IMG/VR virus record: IMGVR_UViG_3300045972_000138
Location: 1 to 64,000 of that record
DNA length: 64,000 nt
Direction: 5' to 3' (one strand)
Below, piece by piece: positions 8,528 through 15,375 of the stretch. The notes beneath the pieces are model-generated. The model worked only from the letters and a program-made list of their open reading frames with translations. It was not told where the DNA came from and made no database searches. Positions within the stretch are counted from its first letter, which is position 1, and the number at the start of each line of letters is the position of its first letter. The position numbers and the translations under genes were made by a program.

Positions 8528-8753
8528 AGAGTGGGTTCAGCAAACCAAATTATGCCGCAAGGCACTATGGCTAGTTGGGACTTGTGTTTATAAGCAGGAG
8601 CCGAAAGGTGTTGATAGCGTCACTAAACATGCGAAAGCAAACAATCCTAACAAACTACACGGGCAGTAGTTAACACGTCCAAAACGGTGGTAAGGCCCCG
8701 TAGTAATATTATATACCCGCAAGGATTATAATATTATCCCTTACACCACTCTG
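8528..8753 (+). ncRNA. Array unit 0 (226 nt structured RNA)
   Basis: AGAGTGG-GT-TCAGCAA ... CCACTCT-G; four GNRA-capped hairpins and a potential pseudoknot. Confidence 0.75.
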
Positions 8754-8759
8754 TTTTAT

Positions 8760-8788
8760 TTGACAATGTATTGCTTTTGCAATATAAT
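8760..8788 (+). promoter_or_regulatory. Consensus sigma70 promoter for units 1-3
   Basis: TTGACA-17 bp-TATAAT; +1 near 8795. Confidence 0.9.
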
Positions 8789-8802
8789 ACGTAAGAGGTT
8801 AA

Positions 8803-8951
8803 AGGATAGGTTCTGCAACAATCATTAACAATGATCTGATGTAAACTGCGTTAATAAATTCGAAAGGATTTATAAACTAACTGAAAAAGTAAGCGGTTAT
8901 ATCGCCTAGGATTTGTAGCCCTGGTTAAAATAGCTGCTAAAAACTATCCTG
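8803..8951 (+). ncRNA. Array unit 1 (149 nt)
   Basis: AGGATAG-GT-TCTGCAA ... CTATCCT-G; internal GAAA-capped hairpin 8854-8873. Confidence 0.72.
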
Positions 8952-8963
8952 TTTTGAATTTGA

Positions 8964-9059
8964 AGATTAGGTACAGCAAAAAATTAAATTAGCAATATTA
9001 GAGCTTGCTCTAAGATCCTTTCTGGAGGGGAAAGCAAAAACTCGCCAAAACCTAATCTG
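8964..9059 (+). ncRNA. Array unit 2 (96 nt)
   Basis: AGATTAG-GT-ACAGCAA ... CTAATCT-G (stem extends to 9 bp); G-CUUG-C hairpin 8998-9013. Confidence 0.72.
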
Positions 9060-9070
9060 TACTTTATAAG

Positions 9071-9308
9071 TGGATGATTTCAGCATACTTAATACAGCTA
9101 ATGCTATAGAATGCGGCCGGTAGGCTTTATGTAATAGAAATATTACACGTAGACATAATAGATAGACTCGGAGAATCCGAGATATGCATCCGACAGCAGA
9201 CACAAGAATCGGATAGGTAACGTGAACGTTGATAGGGTTGTGAAACTTGAACCAGCATACAGGGGATAGGGCAACCAGAATAATAAAATACCAGTTTCGA
9301 TCATCCTG
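9071..9308 (+). ncRNA. Array unit 3 (238 nt)
   Basis: TGGATGA-TT-TCAGCAT ... TCATCCT-G; hairpins 9130-9147 (GAAA), 9167-9181, 9188-9214. Confidence 0.68.
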
Positions 9309-9330
9309 TTTTATTCTTATGCTTAGAGAA

Positions 9331-9609
9331 ATGAAAATTCGACGTCCTGTTCTTACAGAAGAGGAACAACAAGAAATTCGCAAAAAGTGGCTCGAAGAGC
9401 TTAACGAAAGTAGGATAGGTACAAGTCCTGTAAGGGATTTAGACCACCTAATATATCTGATTGAAGAAAATGCAGGCGCAATACACGATGTAATGCAGGA
9501 TAAAGATGTCAACGGACATTATTCTCCATCGTTGCAGGCATCATTCGACGATACAATGGACATACTAGATTATTTGAGGAAGTTACGTAATCCAGTAGAC
9601 ACACAGTAA
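9331..9609 (+). CDS. Hypothetical protein inside the array
   Basis: The track's start at 9247 lies within unit 3; ATG 9331 (or 9319) gives a hydrophilic ~92-aa protein. Confidence 0.6.
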   Translation: MKIRRPVLTEEEQQEIRKKWLEELNESRIGTSPVRDLDHLIYLIEENAGAIHDVMQDKDVNGHYSPSLQASFDDTMDILDYLRKLRNPVDTQ

Positions 9610-9641
9610 AAAGTAACTTACAATTGACACTTGCTTAATAA

Positions 9642-9675
9642 AGATTTATAACAGCAAATTTTTAAATTAAATCTG
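9642..9675 (+). promoter_or_regulatory. Minimal array unit 4 / putative translational operator of the DUF2828 gene
   Basis: AGATTTA-TA-ACAGCAA-ATTTTTAAAT-TAAATCT-G followed directly by AAAGG SD and ATG 9689; overlaps a TTGACA-17-TATAAC match (9624-9652). Confidence 0.6.
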
Positions 9676-9688
9676 AAAGGAAAACAAA

Positions 9689-11116
9689 ATGACAACATTA
9701 TTTACAGCAGTAAACGCATCGGCTACAACAGCTAACGGTGCAGTAACAAACGCTTCTTCGTTAAACAAGAACGTTGACCTTTTCTTCTTGGCAGGCGCAA
9801 GCCGTAACAAGGATATTACACCTACTTTCGCTGGTGCGTTGGTAGAAGACTCGGAAGTAGCAGTTCGTGTATTACAGTGGGCGCGTGACGCTCGTGGTGG
9901 TGCAGGTGAACGTGACACATTCCGTAAGTTGTTTGGCTATTTGGTTCGTACTGAACCCGCAATGGCTACTCGTGTATTGGCAAATGTGCCAGAGATTGGT
10001 CGTTGGGATGACTTGTTCATTGCTTTCGGATCTACTTTGGAACGCGATGCTTTGCGTATGATCGCTTCTGCGTTGAAGGACGCGAAGAATGGTTTGTGCG
10101 CTAAGTGGATGCCACGTCAGGGTAAGGAAGCCGGTAAGATCCGTGCTTACATGCAGCTTACACCTAAGCAGTACCGTAAGTTACTGGTAGGTCTGTCCAA
10201 CACTGTTGAACAGAAGATGTGTGCTAACGACTGGACAGGAATTGTGTACCCACACGTTCCATCGGTTGCGGCAGGTCGTTACCAGAAGGCTTTTAAGAAG
10301 CACGATGCGGTAGGTTACGAAGCGTACAAGACAAAGTTGGTTGCTGGTGAAACAAAGATCAATGCATCGGTTGCTTTCCCTTACGATGTGATTCGTTCTA
10401 TGCGTAATGGTGATGAAGTTGTGTCCAATGAACAGTGGAAGGCATTGCCTAACTACTTGGAAGGATCCAATGAAAACATCATGCCGTTGGTTGACGTTTC
10501 GGGTTCTATGGATGGCGTAAGTGTTTCCGGTAGCGTAACTGCTCTGGACGTTGCGATCTCCCTTGGTTTGTATGTTTCCGAACGTGCAGGCGGTGTGTTT
10601 AAGGATCAGTTCATCACATTCTCTGGTTCGCCAGAAATGTTGAAGGTATCTGGTTCGTTGAAGCAACGTTACGACCAAATGGAACGTTCGAACTGGGCAG
10701 GTAACACCAACGTGCAGGCAGCTTTTGAGTTAATTCTTAAGGCGGCTGTAACACATAAGGTGCCAGAGGCAGAAATGCCTACTAAGTTGCTGATCCTTTC
10801 GGATATGGAATTTGACTCCTGCGTAACAGTAGGCGGAACTTCTACAAACCGTTGGGGTGGTGGTGCACAGGTATCCGTAAGTGCAATGGATATGATCCGT
10901 GACAAGTTTGCTAACGCAGGTTACAAGCTTCCACAAATCGTGTTCTGGAACTTGAACGGTCGTGCTGGCAACAGCCCTGTTACATACAACGAAGCTGGTA
11001 CTGCGTTGGTATCTGGATTCAGCCCAAGCATTGTTAAGTCAGTGTTAGGTGGTGAAGAATTGACACCAATCAGCATTATGCTTAAGACCGTAATGGTACA
11101 GCGTTACGACTTCTAA
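9689..11116 (+). CDS. DUF2828-family TROVE(Ro60)-like protein with C-terminal vWA domain
   Basis: WARDARGGAGER, GRWDDL, AKWMPR helical region; MIDAS DVSGSM, NTNVQAAF, ILSDMEFD, IVFWNL, LVSGFS. Confidence 0.88.
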   Translation: MTTLFTAVNASATTANGAVTNASSLNKNVDLFFLAGASRNKDITPTFAGALVEDSEVAVRVLQWARDARGGAGERDTFRKLFGYLVRTEPAMATRVLANVPEIGRWDDLFIAFGSTLERDALRMIASALKDAKNGLCAKWMPRQGKEAGKIRAYMQLTPKQYRKLLVGLSNTVEQKMCANDWTGIVYPHVPSVAAGRYQKAFKKHDAVGYEAYKTKLVAGETKINASVAFPYDVIRSMRNGDEVVSNEQWKALPNYLEGSNENIMPLVDVSGSMDGVSVSGSVTALDVAISLGLYVSERAGGVFKDQFITFSGSPEMLKVSGSLKQRYDQMERSNWAGNTNVQAAFELILKAAVTHKVPEAEMPTKLLILSDMEFDSCVTVGGTSTNRWGGGAQVSVSAMDMIRDKFANAGYKLPQIVFWNLNGRAGNSPVTYNEAGTALVSGFSPSIVKSVLGGEELTPISIMLKTVMVQRYDF

Positions 11117-11131
11117 GGAAGTATAGCGATA

Positions 11132-11156
11132 AAATAGGGGCGTATGCCCCTATTTT
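11132..11156 (+). terminator. Intrinsic terminator after the DUF2828 gene
   Basis: AAATAGGGG-CGTATG-CCCCTATTT followed by T. Confidence 0.75.
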
Positions 11157-11258
11157 GCTAAATAAGTATACGCTCCGGGTTTGTTTATCCCGAGGAGTAC
11201 ACGGCTATTGAATGGGGTTAAATTCTCAGGAGACGAGGGAGCCTAACATAAACAGTAT

Positions 11259-11332
11259 GCGGGATTAGTTTAATGGTAAAACGGAACCTTGCCAAGGTTC
11301 ATACAGGAGTTCGATTCTCCTATCCCGCTCCA
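11259..11332 (+). tRNA. tRNA-Gly(GCC)
   Basis: GCGGGAT/ATCCCGC, loop TT-GCC-AA, U73, CCA. Confidence 0.97.
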
Positions 11333-11355
11333 AATTTTACTGGAGATATCTTATT

Positions 11356-12003
11356 ATGATTACACATCTTGTTCCTGTATGCTTTTTAGGTGGGTCTGGC
11401 GGCAACTTTCTATCTACATGGATTGCACAGGCTGATGATTCTTCTACTCCGTTAACTGAATTTAGTAAACACGGTAATGCTCACCTTTACAAGAGTAGGC
11501 CTGCTAAGTATTTATTTAATATGTTTTCCGATCAATCTGCTGCTATAGAAAGCCTTAAGTTATATGATAGCGAATTGACTAAACGAACCTTTTCCGATTG
11601 TCACTTAGTTAACGACGCGCAGATATTAGAAAACTTTAATACTTGCATTAAAGTATATTTTGACGTCGACGATATTCCAGATATCGCATATTCGTTTGTT
11701 GGCAAATATTGTATTGACGAAGCAGGTGGCGCAGAAGATTCTGTTACTCTTACTAAGCAGTTTCAAGATCGTTTACTTGTTATAAACGATAAATTTCCTG
11801 GGTTCACTAAACCATTGCCTTCACAGGAAGGGACGCTATCGGTATCCTGGAAAGAGTTAGTGTACCTAGACGCTAATGCGTTAGTTGCTAAGTTATCAAC
11901 ATTCTTATCAATTGACACAGTGAAATTTGATGTTGCTGCTTTATTGAAATGGCGAGAGATTACACTTGCTAGTATTATATCACTTAAATCCGTAATTGTT
12001 TAA
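11356..12003 (+). CDS. Hypothetical protein (GGSGGNFL motif) inserted at the tRNA-Gly 3' end
   Basis: 215 aa with SD GGAG; flanked by a 27-bp direct repeat. Confidence 0.75.
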   Translation: MITHLVPVCFLGGSGGNFLSTWIAQADDSSTPLTEFSKHGNAHLYKSRPAKYLFNMFSDQSAAIESLKLYDSELTKRTFSDCHLVNDAQILENFNTCIKVYFDVDDIPDIAYSFVGKYCIDEAGGAEDSVTLTKQFQDRLLVINDKFPGFTKPLPSQEGTLSVSWKELVYLDANALVAKLSTFLSIDTVKFDVAALLKWREITLASIISLKSVIV

Positions 12004-12006
12004 ACT

Positions 12007-12033
12007 GATTCTCCTATCCCGCTCCAAATTTTA
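12007..12033 (+). repeat. 27-bp exact copy of the tRNA-Gly(GCC) 3' end
   Basis: GATTCTCCTATCCCGCTCCAAATTTTA at 11313-11339 and 12007-12033. Confidence 0.95.
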
Positions 12034-12044
12034 TAAATGGTACT

Positions 12045-12332
12045 ATGAAGGCATTATTACTAGCACTTTCATTAGTGCCGCCCTTGGCATTTGCTGATGC
12101 ATTTAACGCACAGAAACCAGTTATTTGCGATGATGTAAATACAACAATGATAACTTTTGAAAACAAATATGGAGAAAAACCAACACTTGTTTTCAAAGGT
12201 AAAGAGACACTACTTATTATTACTATGAATGCAAAAACAGGTTCCTGGACCGCCTTAGAGACCCAAAATGATGGTATCGTTTGTTTGTTAGCAGCTGGTG
12301 AAGGTTTTAGTACTTTGAAAGGTAAAGAATGA
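12045..12332 (+). CDS. Secreted hypothetical protein
   Basis: Signal peptide MKALLLALSLVPPLAFA; Cys pair. Confidence 0.75.
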   Translation: MKALLLALSLVPPLAFADAFNAQKPVICDDVNTTMITFENKYGEKPTLVFKGKETLLIITMNAKTGSWTALETQNDGIVCLLAAGEGFSTLKGKE

Positions 12333-12793
12333 AAAAAAGTTTATTGGTATTGGCGTTAGTTGCATCAACTGCATTTGCCGGCGATTTGCCAGATCCGGTA
12401 GCACACCCTGGTGCAATAAATCCAGATGTAACACAGGCAACTATTAATCAAACTATATGCGTTAGTGGATGGACTAAGACAATTCGTCCAACTGTGTCCT
12501 ATACAAATAAACTAAAGAAACAGCAAATGGTGGAACTGGGTCTAACAGGTAATCCATCTGACTACGAAGAAGATCATATTATCAGTTTAGAACTTGGTGG
12601 TCATCCAAAAGATCCTAAGAATCTTTGGCCAGAGTTGTGGAATGGTGATTGGGGTGCTCACAAGAAAGATGTAATCGAAACTCGTTTAAAAACAATGGTT
12701 TGCAAAGGCCAGATTACACTAGCTGAAGCACAGCACGCTATCGCTACAGATTGGATTGGAGCGTATCAGAAATATGTCCCTTCTAAGAAGTAA
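12329..12793 (+). CDS. Secreted HNH-like nuclease
   Basis: Signal peptide; YEEDHIISLELGGHPKDPKNLWPE, KDVIE..L..MVC. Confidence 0.75.
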   Translation: MKKSLLVLALVASTAFAGDLPDPVAHPGAINPDVTQATINQTICVSGWTKTIRPTVSYTNKLKKQQMVELGLTGNPSDYEEDHIISLELGGHPKDPKNLWPELWNGDWGAHKKDVIETRLKTMVCKGQITLAEAQHAIATDWIGAYQKYVPSKK

Positions 12794-12851
12794 TTGATCA
12801 ATTAAACTGCTTATTATATAATAAAGACATAAATAAACAGTAACAAAACAA

Positions 12852-12934
12852 GCTGAAGTCGCATAGCGGCTATTGCAACGCTCTTGTAAGGCGTCGGGAA
12901 ACCACCGTGAGTTCGAGTCTCACCTTCAGCACCA
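12852..12934 (+). tRNA. tRNA-Thr(TGT) with long variable arm
   Basis: GCTGAAG/CTTCAGC, loop CT-TGT-AA, 12-nt variable region with GG-GAAA-CC, CCA. Confidence 0.88.
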
Positions 12935-12938
12935 TATA

Positions 12939-13358
12939 ATGAATAAAGTCTATAACTGCTTATTTTGTAATAAAGAAAATGCGTATGACTTGCACCATAA
13001 AACAAATAAATATTGTGATGCAAAATGCCAATCTGATTTTCAGAACTTGCAAAGACTAAATAATTGGAAAGCAACCGGAAATACTGCCAGGGTTGCCGGT
13101 ACACCTGGGTGGTTAAAGAAATATATTTTAGAAAAGCAGAACGGTAAATGTACTGAATGCGGAATAAGTGAATGGAATAGCAAACCTATTGTATTTGATT
13201 TAGAGCATAAAGATGGTGATAGTAGTAACAATTTAGAAGAAAACTTGTGTTGTATGTGCCCAAATTGTCATAGTCAGACATCGACTTATAAGGGCAAGAA
13301 TAAAGGTAATGGCAGGCATAGTCGTCGAGAACGATATGCTGCCGGTAAAAGTTTTTAA
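12939..13358 (+). CDS. Free-standing HNH (homing-type) endonuclease
   Basis: Start moved to ATG 12939 (the track's start lies inside the tRNA); CLFC..YCDAKC, CTECG, EHKDG..NN..NL..CPNCHSQT. Confidence 0.9.
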   Translation: MNKVYNCLFCNKENAYDLHHKTNKYCDAKCQSDFQNLQRLNNWKATGNTARVAGTPGWLKKYILEKQNGKCTECGISEWNSKPIVFDLEHKDGDSSNNLEENLCCMCPNCHSQTSTYKGKNKGNGRHSRRERYAAGKSF

Positions 13359-13359
13359 T

Positions 13360-13433
13360 GCGGGGTTCGTATAGTGGTAATACCTTAGCCTTCCAAGCTA
13401 AAGCGAGGAGTTCGATTCTCCTACCCCGCTCCA
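13360..13433 (+). tRNA. tRNA-Gly(TCC)
   Basis: GCGGGGT/ACCCCGC, loop CT-TCC-AA, CCA. Confidence 0.97.
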
Positions 13434-13535
13434 TCTAATCAAAAACTAGAATAAAAAGCCGCATAGTAAGGGCTAGAGATAAATATTGCAGTGCAATAAA
13501 ATACTACTGCACAATTAACTACCCCCGGAAATTAT

Positions 13536-13784
13536 ATGCAAAAAGAAAAAGATAATGTTAAAGCTTTGGCTAAAGAAAACGACCATAAAGAAAAAGAATA
13601 TAAGACATTCGATGATTATTCAAAGAAAGATATAGAAGGTACAACTTCACATATTGGTTTTGAAAAAACAGAATACGAACATTTTACATCACCAGTACCA
13701 GAACCAACTTCTGTTGCAATGTTCATTGCTGGTATTGCGCTATTTGCGACCATCATTAAAGTACGTACTAATAAAAATAGATAA
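13536..13784 (+). CDS. PEP-CTERM sorting-signal protein
   Basis: C-terminal SPVPEPTSVAMFIAGIALFATIIKVRTNKNR = VPEP + TM + basic tail; no N-terminal signal peptide. Confidence 0.85.
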   Translation: MQKEKDNVKALAKENDHKEKEYKTFDDYSKKDIEGTTSHIGFEKTEYEHFTSPVPEPTSVAMFIAGIALFATIIKVRTNKNR

Positions 13785-13793
13785 ATAACATAT

Positions 13794-13885
13794 GCGAGCG
13801 AGACTTGGCAGTCAGGGAGAGCTTATACCTCTCTTAGCCCCAGATTAGGGTTCTCGAGAGAGTTCGATCCTCTCCGCTCGTACCA
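13794..13885 (+). tRNA. tRNA-Ile(TAT) with long variable arm
   Basis: GCGAGCG/CGCTCGT, GAGAG-CTTATAC-CTCTC anticodon arm, ~20-nt variable arm, 3-bp D stem, CCA. Confidence 0.85.
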
Positions 13886-13890
13886 AATTA

Positions 13891-13982
13891 GGAAACTTGG
13901 CAGAGTCCGGTTTATTGCAACAGTCTTGAAAACTGTCGGGGTTTAAAAGCCCCCGTGAGTTCGAATCTCACAGTTTCCGCCA
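13891..13982 (+). tRNA. tRNA-Ser(TGA)
   Basis: GGAAACT/AGTTTCC, loop CT-TGA-AA, long variable arm, G73, CCA. Confidence 0.96.
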
Positions 13983-14036
13983 AAAAAGAGAATAAATGAC
14001 GATACCGATAAAAATACAGTTAGATGACAATAAAGT

Positions 14037-14063
14037 AAAAAAGGACCATAACGGTCCTTTTTT
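14037..14063. terminator. Bidirectional intrinsic terminator
   Basis: AAAAAAGGACC-ATAAC-GGTCCTTTTTT. Confidence 0.85.
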
Positions 14064-14171
14064 CTTATGTGTGCTAGCCAACATTATAGTAGTACTTCAA
14101 TGTTAATACTAATGCTTATCAGCTTTTACAGATATACTACTTAAATAATACATAAATCACTGGAGATACAA

Positions 14172-14414
14172 ATGACACCTACAGATACATTATCAGAAAA
14201 TGGTATTCACTATACTACTTTTTCTTTGACTCCACGACAGATGCAGGTATTATTACTTGTATGTAATAGGGGTTTGCCAAATAAGAAAATAGCCTCTTCT
14301 TTAGGTATATCCGAGAGCACAGTTAAGATACATGTTAGTGCAATATTAAAGGCATACGGTGTCGTAAATAGAACGCAACTTGCATTAGTTTCGAGAGTAT
14401 CCTTAACTGCATAG
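14172..14414 (+). CDS. Stand-alone LuxR/GerE-type HTH regulator
   Basis: LTPRQMQVL..GLPNKKIA..LGISESTVKIHVSAILK. Confidence 0.92.
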   Translation: MTPTDTLSENGIHYTTFSLTPRQMQVLLLVCNRGLPNKKIASSLGISESTVKIHVSAILKAYGVVNRTQLALVSRVSLTA

Positions 14415-14532
14415 TACTGACGCATATCGTATGCTCAAGTAGTATAAAAATACGGTATTTTCTATGTAAGTAATATTGGATAACAGGAAAAAGGATTCTG
14501 TCATCTGATAAAACTTTTAAAAGGAAATTAAA

Positions 14533-15300
14533 ATGGCAGACATCGTAACAGGCACCACAACGGGCCAATTAGACTTAACAGCAGTATTGCAAGATCACGC
14601 AGACATTCGTCGTGAAGCAGCATTAAACACAGCAGACATTCGTCGTGAACAAGAACAAATTGGTTCCGACATTCGTCGTGAAACAGCTAAAGAAGCAAGC
14701 GACGTAATTGACGCAACAAAGACAGCAGCATGGGCAAATTCTGACCGCACAGGTACAGAAGCTGACCGCGTAGTTGCTCAAGACACAGCATATTTCATTG
14801 CAGCTCAGTCGCAAAACTTCTCTAATGCAACAGCATTGGCAGCATTAACAGCATCTAACAATGCTAACTTCAACCAAACTCTTGCAGCTATTCAATTAGC
14901 AGGTCAGCAATCGACAGCAGCAGCAGCACTTGAAGGTGCTAAGAATGCAGCAGCAACAGCACTTGAAGGTGCTAAAGCAGCCGCAGCAGCAGCGTTAGGT
15001 CAGGCAATGATTGGCACTGCAATTGTTGCTGACGGTAATTCTACTCGTGCGTTGATCAATACATTGAAGATGGAAGAATTGAATCGTGTCTTAACTGAAC
15101 GTCAAGCTGAAATCATTGAACAACGTGGTGATGCACGTTACTACAAAGATGGTATGAACAATGTACAGACAAATGCATTATCTTCGCAGATCAATGCGTT
15201 GCATAGTCAGTTTCAAGCGGCAACACAGGGTACCGTTAACTTCGGTACAATGAGCGGCAGTGCTGGAACTAATACTTCAACAAACAACACTGTTCGTTAA
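14533..15300 (+). CDS. Ala/Thr/Gln-rich coiled-coil protein with internal repeats
   Basis: SD AAGGA; ADIRRE-like x3 and AALEGAK x2; host-like codon usage. Confidence 0.8.
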   Translation: MADIVTGTTTGQLDLTAVLQDHADIRREAALNTADIRREQEQIGSDIRRETAKEASDVIDATKTAAWANSDRTGTEADRVVAQDTAYFIAAQSQNFSNATALAALTASNNANFNQTLAAIQLAGQQSTAAAALEGAKNAAATALEGAKAAAAAALGQAMIGTAIVADGNSTRALINTLKMEELNRVLTERQAEIIEQRGDARYYKDGMNNVQTNALSSQINALHSQFQAATQGTVNFGTMSGSAGTNTSTNNTVR

Positions 15301-15324
15301 ACTTATCGTTAATTGATAGAATAT

Positions 15325-15362
15325 AAGACCGGCTATCTTACAAAGATTGTCGGTCTTTTTTT
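15325..15362 (+). terminator. Intrinsic terminator
   Basis: AAGACCG..ATCTT-ACA-AAGAT..CGGTCTT followed by a T run. Confidence 0.7.
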
Positions 15363-15375
15363 AAGGAGAGATTTT

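Noticed and set aside
8836-8870. Hammerhead-like CTGATG...CGAAA in U1
   Set aside because: Core reads CTGATGT, not CUGAUGA, and the flanking helices do not fit.
8803-9308. Circularly permuted or split tRNAs inside the units (AAGCGGTTAT D-loop-like and TTCGA-like words in U1)
   Set aside because: No complete T arm plus acceptor/CCA could be assembled by eye; resemblance is fragmentary.
8967-9512. 181-aa minus-strand ORF across the array
   Set aside because: Antisense to promoter-driven structured units and a + strand ORF; no SD or recognisable motif.
8528-9675. CRISPR array or simple tandem repeat interpretation of the five units
   Set aside because: No identical direct repeats; spacing ranges from 34 to 238 nt; conservation is in pairing plus a 7-nt motif; no cas genes nearby.
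12873-12938. Track start of the HNH ORF and minus-strand ORFs 12814-13104 and 13186-13434
   Set aside because: They overlap intact tRNA genes; the real HNH start is ATG 12939.
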